A DNA stretch of 64,000 nt, from NCBI GenBank assembly GCA_965644295.1, contig CBFFRP010000428.1, positions 1 through 64,000 of the forward strand, written 5' to 3'. The stretch's first letter is position 1; each line of letters starts with the position of its first letter. The notes under the pieces were generated by a model, which did no database searches, had not been told where the DNA came from, and saw only the letters and a program-made list of their open reading frames with translations. The position numbers were made by a program, and so were the translations under genes. Positions 12,190-22,900 of the stretch are shown here, piece after piece. The stretch comes from Paraphysomonas bandaiensis. Lineage: Eukaryota; Protista; Chrysophyceae.

Positions 12190-13520
12190 TTCAAGATCTA
12201 GATATGTGGTATATGTTCTGTGTCTTCGCTCTGTGTGCTTCATACAACATATATAGACCATGTATGTGGTATATGTTCTCTGTATGTGCTTCATACAACA
12301 CATTGAGACCATATATGTGGTATATGATCTGTATGTTCGCTGTGTGTGCTTTACACAGCACACAGAGACTGTATATGTGAAATGTGCTCTGTATATTCAC
12401 TCTGCGTGCTTCATACAACATATATAGACCATGTATGTGGTATATGTTCTCTGTATGTGCTTCATACAACACATTGAGACCATATATGTGGTATATGATC
12501 TGTATGTTCGCTGTGTGTGCTTTACACAGCACACAGAGACTGTATATGTGAAATGTGCTCTGTATATTCACTCTGCGTGCTTCATACAACATATATAGAC
12601 CATGTATGTGGTATATGTTCTCTGTATGTGCTTCATACAACACATTGAGACCATATATGTGGTATATGATCTGTATGTTCGCTGTGTGTGCTTTACACAG
12701 CACACAGAGACTGTCTGTATATTCACTCTGCGTGTTGCATACAACACGCAAGAACTATATATGTGGTATATGATCTGTATGTTCGCTGTGTGTGCTTTAC
12801 ACAGCACACAGAGACTGTCTGTATATTCACTCTGCGTGTTTCATACAACACGCAAGAACTATATATGTGGTATATGATCTGTATGTTCGCTGTGTGTGCT
12901 TTACACAGCACACAGTGACTGTCTGTATATTCACTCTGCGTGCTTCATACAACACGCAAGAACTATATATGTGGAATATGATGTAAATATATTACACTGT
13001 GCTCTTCATGCAACATACAGGGACTATGTATGTGTTATATGGTGCGTAGTATCACACTTTACCCCTCATACAACACGCAAAGACTATATATGTGGTATAT
13101 GATATATGCGTTCACTCTGTGCGCACCATGCGACACGCAGGGACTATATAAGTATTGTATGATGTATGTATTATGTATTCACTATGTGCTCTTCATGCAA
13201 TACACAAGGACTATTTAAGTGCTATATGATGTGCATTTTTGAACTCTGTGCTACATATAACACAGAGAGATATTGAAGTGTTTTTTTAGTGATCTGTATG
13301 TTTACTATGTGCGCTTCGTACAGTACACAAGCACTCAATGTATGGTATATGGCGTGTAGTTTCGCTCTCTATGCTTCGTATAGTAGCCAGCGATTATATC
13401 AGTGTTATATGATGTATGTGTTTACTCTCTATGCTTCGTATATAGTATATAGCACATAGGGACTATGTAGGTAGTAGGCGCAGCACTTTGCAGTTATATA
13501 TAGCACTGGGTTTATATGTT
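12190..13520. repeat. Tandem array of ~60-bp hairpin-forming units inside the transposon, with 171-bp and 104-bp higher-order repeats
   Basis: tatgtgg/tatgtga unit starts at 12203, 12263, 12314, 12374, 12434, 12485, 12545, 12605, 12656, 12760, 12864, 12968, then degenerate 60-mers. Confidence 0.92.
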
Positions 13521-13814
13521 TACTCTGTAAACTCCGTCGAGTAGAATTTTAATAACAGTGGAAAATGACATTAAATTGTCATATTTTATTGTGTAGTATT
13601 AGTACTTAGAGTGCTACTGCCAACTGTACATGATGGGATAGGAAGCCAGAATAGTACAATAATAAAGTACTTATGTAAATAGTAAACCTTTAAAGCAAAA
13701 AATACGTTATCTATTAAAAACTAAAAACAAGCGTGCACTGTGGATTACAGTGTTCAAATTAAAAAATCAGCAACATCAAACTTAACCATTCGCTATGCTA
13801 CCTACAACCATATG

Positions 13815-15806
13815 CTACGCTACTTCCATCGCCCCATTGTCATCAAGTGTTCTTAGGGCCTCGATTGCTTTATCAAGTCTGTACTGACGCCTCTCGGCGA
13901 TGGACATTCCTCGTAACAATACTTTTTCTTCGTCTCTCTTTTCTTTGGCCTCAGCCTTGGCAGCCAGCCTATCCAAGCTAGCTTGGCGTTTCTTCGCGTC
14001 AGCTTGCATCTTCGCTTCCGCTCTTGCTTGTGAAGCAAGCCCCCTTTCCACGGCTGCCTGAGCATCGCGCAGCCGCTTTGCTGCAGCCTCCTTCTGAGCT
14101 TCAGCACGCCTTGCAGCTGCCATGACTGGAGCATCACGAATTTGCTGCCGGTGAGCTGCATTGTCTGCAATTATGCAGTCACCATTTAAGACACATGCTC
14201 TTCGGCGATGAATAACAAGCTCTTCCGACGGCAATTGGCCTTCCGCATTGTAGGATACAATGCCTGCGTCATCCATCTCTGCTTCTGTGATTTGATGGCG
14301 CTCCAACATTATCGGTACAAAATGTGGGACAGCATCTTTCATTATTGTCTTTTGAGCTGGAGAGATCCAGCCTCTACAAGCAGACATAATCTTATAAAAG
14401 TTTATATTGCCTCCTTGCTGTCCGAATTTCTTATACCCATTTACCACAATTTTTTCGTTGATGACACTATGAGCCGCGAAGATAAGTTGCAACATCGACT
14501 TGATAGCAAGGGATTTGAGTTCGGAAGAAAATCCGGTCCTTGTTCCTAACACCTCCTTCAGACGCATTCTTAAGATCGGGTTTTCATAATCTTCATATTC
14601 TGCATATTTCAACACTTTTTTTTCAGATTTGAACTCATCTGATATATCTGAAGACTGGGTAACCCCTGAACACGATCTAGGCGTCTTACCCAAAACAACT
14701 TTTGCCATTTGGAAAAGCGAAGCGGTAGCAGCATCTAATAAGACCCGTATCTGACAAGGTTCTCCGTCTAAAGAACAAAATGCATGCATATCCGTTCCAT
14801 TGGAAAACTGTGTATTAACGGTTATAGGAAATAAAACACTACAGCACAAATGTACTACCTTCCCGAAATTTCCCAAGGCTGCTCTAATTGATTCAATGAA
14901 AGGAAGAACAACAGTACTTATATACCACCTGTAGTAAGTATCGTTGCATGCTCTGGTACGTGTAAATGCAATGTACCCATAAGATCCTACACAATTTGTG
15001 TTTCCAAGACCTTCCACTCTATACACATCGCAGTCGTTCTCAGCCATTGTATTATCCGCTATAATATAAACTGGGGGAGCAACCTGCCCTGCAGAGTTAT
15101 GAAGAAAATATTTTTTGATGTACATTCCTAGTCGAGAACCCACTCTTGAAGGTGGGGCCTTGTTCCAGTCATCCCTAGGGACGATACCAATATGCACTTT
15201 TAATCTGTTGTGCTCATCGTTGCCACAAGAAAACGTTGTTGCATCCCAATTGAGAACAAGCTCGGCCACAATATCAGAACAATACGTAAAGAGCAATACA
15301 GCCCAAGTGAAAAAATTTCTAGCGTCTTTTTCTTCTCGCTCTCTGGCAACAGTGGTGATCTGGGGGACTCTCTGTTTATGGCTCGCTTCCATTTTATACT
15401 TGAAGAAAGACGATTCACTTACTTCCATATCCTCCCCCTCAGGAATAATCCCACGCCTAACAGCTGTAGCAGTTGCTTCGCTTTTAAAAATCTTTCTGAG
15501 TTCTGGTACGTTATGATTTCCATCACTAACACAAGCACGAAACTGTACTTTCGACATGTCGTCTAAGCAAGTAGGTCTCGTGGACGAGCTACTGAATATA
15601 GGGCGCTCAGCACGTACTTTCGACCTCCATTTCTGAAACCGCTTTCTACTCAGAGAGGGAAACTCTCTGGCCATGTCACTGGGCTCCAAGTGGTTGGATT
15701 CCATGTAGTGGACAATTGAACATATTTCATCTCGGTCGAAACAGTGACCGCTGTAGTCTCTATTGTGTCGCAATGGCAAAACAACATCTGCAGGAGTTTG
15801 CATCAC
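13815..15806 (-). CDS. pogo-like DDE_1 transposase (663-aa ORF, probable 51-nt in-frame intron 14808-14858)
   Basis: N-terminal HTH-like region, VLNWDAT, FCSLDGE and SGVTQSSD...FK motifs matching the pogo/CENP-B NxDET, LDxH, TxxxQPxD..F pattern. Ala/Lys/Arg-rich coiled-coil tail. Confidence 0.75.
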   Translation of the reverse strand: MMQTPADVVLPLRHNRDYSGHCFDRDEICSIVHYMESNHLEPSDMAREFPSLSRKRFQKWRSKVRAERPIFSSSSTRPTCLDDMSKVQFRACVSDGNHNVPELRKIFKSEATATAVRRGIIPEGEDMEVSESSFFKYKMEASHKQRVPQITTVAREREEKDARNFFTWAVLLFTYCSDIVAELVLNWDATTFSCGNDEHNRLKVHIGIVPRDDWNKAPPSRVGSRLGMYIKKYFLHNSAGQVAPPVYIIADNTMAENDCDVYRVEGLGNTNCVGSYGYIAFTRTRACNDTYYRWYISTVVLPFIESIRAALGNFGKVVHLCCSVLFPITVNTQFSNGTDMHAFCSLDGEPCQIRVLLDAATASLFQMAKVVLGKTPRSCSGVTQSSDISDEFKSEKKVLKYAEYEDYENPILRMRLKEVLGTRTGFSSELKSLAIKSMLQLIFAAHSVINEKIVVNGYKKFGQQGGNINFYKIMSACRGWISPAQKTIMKDAVPHFVPIMLERHQITEAEMDDAGIVSYNAEGQLPSEELVIHRRRACVLNGDCIIADNAAHRQQIRDAPVMAAARRAEAQKEAAAKRLRDAQAAVERGLASQARAEAKMQADAKKRQASLDRLAAKAEAKEKRDEEKVLLRGMSIAERRQYRLDKAIEALRTLDDNGAMEVA

Positions 15807-16037
15807 GTAAGATACTGTATCTGTTTAGGAAGATACTTTAAGATATTAAATGAACACATACATATATGAAAACCCATTCCAATGCCCCCCGGAATCTGAT
15901 GGCACTTCAAAAACAGACTAAAAAATGGCACCTCAAAAAACAGCGGCACCGGAAAACGGAGCGAGTGGTACAGCTGGTTAGTTCATAGGGATAGTTATGT
16001 TATGGTCTGGTGTTGGTAGTGGTCACACATACATAAC

Positions 16038-19000
16038 ATGCAAGACGTAACATTCAGGGATCTAGTTCTTGTGGGTGGAGGACATGCTCATGTTCACGTT
16101 CTCAAGATGATGGGCATGAGTCCTCTCTCAGGCATTCGAGTGACTCTCATCAGCAGAGATGTGGACACTCCTTATTCGGGCATGCTTCCAGGTACGCCCT
16201 CTGCGCCCTCTCACGCACCTCTAACCATTTCAGGGCAGGGTATGTAGCGGGCCACTATACGCGAGAGGAGTGTCATCTTGATCTGCGGCAGATATGCAGC
16301 TTTGCGTCTATTCGCTTTATCGGTGCGGAGGTGTGCGGCATCGACCCGATACGTAAACGCATCACATTCACCGGAGAGCGACCTCCTCTATCATACGATA
16401 TAATATCTATTAATATTGGTATTACTCCAACCATTGATCCGACTGGTTGGACAAGTCTACCCGATTCAAATATCACTCCTGTGAAACCTATTGACGGGTT
16501 TGCTCGTCGGTGGATGCATATTGTTAACCGCGCGAGAGAATCAGCTGGCAAAATTCTGAGAGTGGTAGTGGTTGGTGGGGGTGCAGGAGGCTGTGAACTT
16601 TGCCTTGCAATGCATAAGCGGTTCACGGATGAGTTCAGTGATGTTGGGAGAGATATTTCTGAACTTGAATTAACTTTAGTCAATAGAGGACCAGATATTA
16701 TGGCTTCTCATAACAGGTATATTTGTTCTCTTTAGCATCATGCATATAAGAATCCTGTGAATTATCTGTTTTAAGGAGAATGTATCTTATCCTTTTTGTA
16801 GTATCTCTACTATTTTGGTGTAGCATATGGTTTTTGTTTCGATAAATGCGTAAATTGGGAAGAAGTGTTAGAATTGTTCTGATAAGTTACTGCACACAGG
16901 AATGTACGTCAAATAGTAAAGCGTATTCTTGAGGAAAAGGGAGTGAAAGTCTTGACTGGTGTGGAGGTGACCAAAACCTCTGTGAATGAATCTAAATCTT
17001 GCAGCGTCCTCCTATGCAGGGACGGATCGGAGATTGTGTATGATGAGGTCATATGGTGCACACAGGTTGGTTGTTACAAGTATTAGCTATCGCATTCTAT
17101 TTGCTCTTGTCGCCTCTATATTGTAGCATTTTGTTCTCGACCGTTGACTCTTCATATTGCGTAAATGTTCTGTGACTGTTATCTGCAGGCAGCCCCACAG
17201 AAATGGCTTCGAAATACAGGCTTGTCGCTTGATTCTGAGGGTTTCATTTGCGTGAAAACTACAATGGAGAGCACTAATATGCCTGATGTCTTCGCCGCAG
17301 GGGATGTATGCACTATAGTGGGACACCCTCGACCCAAAGCTGGCGTCTTTGCTGTTCGGTGAGTCCCAATATTTATGGTGGATGTCTCTTGCTCTGTGCA
17401 TTCCATATTTTTTGTGTATGGATTGTGATTATATCAGACGTATTTAATACTAACGTTATTGCATCAGCGCGGGACCCCCACTCGTTGCCAACTTACGCCG
17501 CCGTCTATTAAACGAGAGTCCACTGGAGGAATATATACCGCAGGAGCAATTTCTTGGGATTATTGGGACAGGAGATCCCTACGCCATTGCCTCCCGGTGT
17601 GTGTTGCACTGTCTTCTACGTCAATATATGTGGAAGTTATGTGAGACTGTAAATGTGATATCTGAATGACAGTGGACCATTGGCTTTAGAAGGTGAATAT
17701 CTGTGGACTCTAAAGGATCATATCGATAGAACTTGGATGGGAAATTACACCGCCCTTAAGAAAATGGATATGAGCAGTAAGGTATTAATGCCGAGACAAA
17801 TATGTTATACACAACGAAACATTAAGACGGACAATATAATTTATAATTCTGTTCTGAAGTGTGGACCGACAAAACGTTTAGTTCTCACCTGATGATGTCG
17901 TGTAGTCATCATCTGAGACAAATGCTCCTACAGACGAGTCCATAGCCGAAGCAATTGGTCAAGAAGCTATTGACCTTCTTCTCCACTCGAAAATGCGGTA
18001 AGTGCATGTGGATATCTATATTGGGTTCTATGGTGGGTATAACTACCCATGACATATTATTGTTTCTATTTTTATACCTTACGTGTATAGGTGTGGTGGT
18101 TGTGGGTCTAAAGTTGGAGCTCAAGTGTTAGACCGAGCACTGAAGCGCATCAAAAAGCTTGTTCCTTCAAGATCAGAGGTGGTAGCGGGACTGGGGGTCA
18201 CTCAAGGTAACATTTTCAATCATTACATTTCCTGTGTTGGTATATTGTATACAGATGTATTGATGATTGCAGAGTGTATTAGCAACGTCTGAACATCTGA
18301 CATCTGAATATTTGTGCAGGAGATGACGCTGCCTTGGTGCGACCGCCTGTTTCCACTCCTGGGAAACAAATGTTACTGGTGCATACAATTGATTATTTCC
18401 GGTCGTTTATTAGCGACCCGTATGTTTTTGGGAGAGTAGCAGCAATTCATGCTCTATCTGGTATGCTTGTTGTCCATGCGGTGATTAGTTTGTGACGCAT
18501 GCATCAGACTTGCATGCTATGAACGCGGATCCGGTATCAGCACTCGCCCTTTGTGTTTTACCCTATGGACCCGAACCAAAGGTGTGTTCAACCTTCGATT
18601 GTTTTATGTTTAGTTATTTTTTGCCTATTGTCATTATCAGGTAGAGGACAATCTCGTACAGATGCTAGCCGGAATGTGTTCCATGCTTCAGGAGGAGAAC
18701 TGCGCTCTGATCGGTGGACACACGTCCGAGGGAACTGATGCCGCATTGGGCTTATCAGTGAACGGGACAGTTGTGGAGGGTGGGGAACTACGCAAGGGCC
18801 CCCCAATGCACGGCGATGTGCTCATTCTTACTAAAAGGGTGGGCACAGGTGCACTTATGGCGGCCGATATGAGAGCACTTGCGAAAGGTAGATGGGTAGA
18901 AAAGGCTTTGGAAAGCATGCAAATATCTAACAGAAAGGCTGCGCAAATTTTACAGGAGCATGGGTGCAGTGGGTAAGAAATGTGTGGACCAGTAAGAACT

Positions 19001-19745
19001 GCTCCTTGTAGTCCCAGTGTATTTCTTATGTACATGTTGTGACTTTAGTAGCTGGAAGTGTTTATGTTTAGTATAATGACAAGACGTTGCATTTTCAGGT
19101 GCACTGACGTCACTGGGTTCGGAGTCATGGGCCACCTCCTAGAGATGATGAAGCACAACAAGCTTTCTAGTTTATCTACCGAAGAAGACGACGACGGAGA
19201 CGTGTGCCATTTGCCCAATGGGGCCACTTCTGAAGACGAAGCTCTAATGGTTACCCTCCACCTACCGGACGTCCCTGTTCTAGAAGGGGCCAAAGAATGT
19301 GTTGAGATCGGTGTTATGTCATCTCTTCAGCCTCAGGTAAATCACCTTATCGCACGAGTTGAATATTCCGGATCACGATTTTGTGTGTCTATATCTAACA
19401 TATGTATTATCAGAATGTCCGATGCGCACGTGCTGTAACAAATGCGAATATTGCACGTGGGAATCCGGTTTATCCGCTTTTGTTTGATCCACAGGTAGGG
19501 AATAATGTGCTTATGATGTTTGTATGTGATATCACTCCCGTATTTCGTGTGTGATGTACCTAACTTTCTGTACTGCACAGACGTCGGGTGGGCTGCTGGC
19601 ATCCATTTCAGCTGATAAAGCGGAGGCTGTTGTGCGATCTCTGAAGGGGGCTGGGTACAATGCTACTTCCGTGATTGGAACGTTTACAAAGTGTCAAGGA
19701 CTTAGTCCCGCGGTCGAACTGTGTACAACTTCATTGACAACTTAG
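16038..19745 (+). CDS. selD: Selenide, water dikinase (Cys form) fused to an N-terminal pyridine nucleotide-disulfide oxidoreductase/NADH-dehydrogenase-like domain
   Basis: [43 protein letters not shown], then [43 protein letters not shown]. More than a dozen short introns. Confidence 0.95.
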
Positions 19746-19925
19746 TATCGTTACTGATCATTGCAATAATGATTCTTTCATATAAGTCATAATATATAAA
19801 ATAAGTCGCATTTTAACTGATTTAAAATTTTGTTGTACTGAAACAGTACTCCTTATTGTTTTTTCCCCATTTTGTCCCAAAAAAGTGTTTTGTTGCCGAT
19901 ATAGAAGATCAGTCGCTTCTTTCCC

Positions 19926-22900
19926 TATTGGGAGTCATTGATTCACGTGTATCCCTTAACGCGTGAATACAACACACGTATACAATGAAATACAAAATAG
20001 ACTGAATAATTACCAAACTATACATGATACGCGACTGTACAAGATACGCACATGTGTGGTGCTAACGCCCTGCTCAAACGTGTCTTGCTATTATACTATT
20101 AGGCCTTATCGTTCAATCTTTATCTCTAATAATATCAAGTATATCCTTACTAAATATCAAGATTAACCTTAAATCTTATTTTGGCAGCGGATGAGTTGTA
20201 AGACTAACAGTTACGATAACTCCGACTCCGACTCATCGGACAAGAGGAAGGATTCCATGCCACCCTTCGACGCCAAGAACTTCCCAAAATGGCAGAAGAA
20301 AAGTAGAGCCTGGTTCTTTCGTAAGCCTAAAATAGTATACATCCTAAGAAACGATGCGCCAGAGGAGCCTATATACGTCAAGAGGAAGAAACAGAAGAGG
20401 ACTACCTATACAGGAAAAACGCCTACGACGAAAATATGCAGTATTTCGAGGAGGGCAACAATTACCTATGGTCACTGCTATCCAGCGCGGTGATTGGCCA
20501 AAACGAGGAAGCAGAGGGTATTATCGAAACAGTCCCTGAAGGAGATGGAAAAAGGGCATGGTCAGAGATTGAAAAGCATTTCAAAGACAAGACCTCAAAT
20601 GATACGATAACCAACCTCATTGGCCAACTGCAATCAATCAAAATCAAGCAAGCTCAAACAATCAATCAATTCCTGGACGAAGTCGAAAAATTGCGATTAA
20701 AGCTCGCTACACACGGCCACAAAGTCTCTGAACAAGACCTCATTTCAAGAATACGACAAGGGATGGTCTCAAATGAGAACCAGACCTATAAGGACCTGGC
20801 TATCAACCTCCAAATGAACCCAATTGATGATTATAAAACGCTGATAAGAAGATTAAAAGAGCATTTGAGCATTCCACTGTAGGCTCCCTACTATCACAAA
20901 ATATGGAAACTAAACGGGATAGCGCAAACTACAGCTCAACAGGCAAACAGCCGTTTAACCCCCGTCTATCGAAAAAGCAAAAGCACAACAGGCAGCGAAA
21001 TCCAACAAAACACAAGAAATTCAACAAGTCCAGCAGAGCTACAAGTGCAATGGATCCAACCACATTGCAGCAGAGTGCAAGCACTCGTGGGAACATATAC
21101 AACAGATGCAGAAGTCCACAAACAAACGAAACGACGACCAAAGAGGGAAAGGGCATCACTCCAAGAACACATCATCAAAATACCCTAGAAACAGTCATCG
21201 GGATTTGAACTTAAGACTGGAAGACTATGACGATGAGGGGCCAAACGATGACAATGACTACAGTGCATTCTCTGGGATGATCACAGACAATCACGTCCTA
21301 CATACGGAACACGAGAAGCAGGACTTCGGCATTCTAGACTCTGGCTGCACAATATCAATTACAGCAGCACGAAGCTTACTCTCCGAATTCAATTATGACC
21401 AAACCACCATCTACACCGCCAAATCAGGATCAGAAATGCAGGCATTGGGATACGGCAAGCTTGGACTGATCAGAAAAAGTGCAAGTTAGTTCCAGATGCG
21501 TCGAAGACTTTAATTTCTATCAGCCAGTTGACAACAGACACCGACTGCAACATAGTATTCGGACAAAACGAGGCACGCATATACCACGATGGAATTTTGT
21601 TAACCACAGCCAGGAAACAAACGGTCTATACGAGGTTAAAGTATCCGGTTTAGGTTACATCCAAAAGACCAGTGCAACTTGGCATCTACACCCAGCGGTT
21701 CCTCGATTTCCCTGGCACATCGAAGGTTGACCCACGCATCCATTGGCTTAATTCAAAAAGCACTAAAGTTGAATCTTGTAAAAGGAATCACTATTTCAAA
21801 ATCCGACCTGAGCTCGCCACAGCTACCAGAAGGCCTTTGTGATGGCTGCGCACAAGGCAAGGCTCACAGGAGGAAACATAGGCGCGAGACAAGGCAAATG
21901 ATACCGACAAAAACCAGAAGATCGCAGCAGGAGCTTTTGGAAGACTTATAGCAGTTGATTTTACTGGACCATTTTCACCTCTAGCAATAGTCACAGGAAA
22001 CACCGTAGTCTTTGGAGCTACCGATGCAGCTTCAAGATACAGTTGGACATTCTATGGAAAACACAGAACCGAGGATTTTGTCATTGAGTGCATTCAGAAA
22101 ATTGTGGATTATCTGCATTCGAAAGGCAAACGGCAAATACACTATCATGCTGATGGTGGCCGTGAGCTAGTATCACATCGTGTACTGAACTTGCTGAGAA
22201 AATTAGGATCAACCTGGACCTTCAACGCCCCATACACGCCTGAAGACAATTCCATTCAAGAACGACCATGGCGCACGACCAAGGAAAGAACGCTTGCATC
22301 CATTTGCAACTCAGGCCTACCACACCCAACTTCTGGGAACAGGCCATGTCCACCGTCACGCATATGAAAAATCGCCTGCCATGCGCCACCGCAAAGGGAT
22401 TCATATCACCGTATTATCAGTTCATCCACGACGAGGCCCCCGATTTATCTTACGCCAGGATTTGGGGCTGCAAATGCCATACATAGACAAGTCTCAGAGA
22501 AGAAACGATTGGTCTCCACACAGCCATATTGGGTACTTCATGGGTTACCGAGAGGATGGACCAGGGGGTACGTCATATATGTACCTTCACTCAAGGACTT
22601 TGTAATCTCAAGTCACGTCTTTTTCAATGAGTGCATCCCCGACGTCAAAGAAAACTACTATGCTGAAATCAATCAGATCTTTATATATATATATACTATG
22701 CTGAAATCGAATCATCACTGAGAGAAGAAAATTCAGAAAATCGAACAGCCGAGTGCTTCAAATACCTTGTTGGAATGACCCACACAGATCCACAGGATGG
22801 CCTTCAATACATCACGACAAGAATCACAGTCATCAAAGGTCACGTGGCTGCTTACAGAGGATTGGCCCCACGAGAAAATGAAGGGCGGGTCATCGAGTTA

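Larger units (their letters stand above)
11465..15968 (-). mobile_element. pogo/Tigger-like (IS630-Tc1-mariner superfamily) DNA transposon, 4.5 kb, with 60-bp TIRs
   Basis: TIRs 11465-11524 and 15909-15968 (CCACTCGCTCCGTTTTCCGGTG..., 3 mismatches), flanked by TACA on both sides. Encloses a DDE ORF. Confidence 0.88.

Noticed and set aside
12190-13520. CRISPR array or coding repeat
   Set aside because: No unique spacers, no cas genes, eukaryotic context. The 104-bp units break the frame, so a 20-aa protein repeat is unlikely.
11465-15968. Fanzor/TnpB or other RNA-guided nuclease cargo
   Set aside because: No RuvC motifs or C-terminal zinc finger recognised in any ORF of the element or the window.
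17990-18115. Selenocysteine UGA in selD
   Set aside because: The active-site codons are TGT (Cys), so no in-frame TGA is needed.
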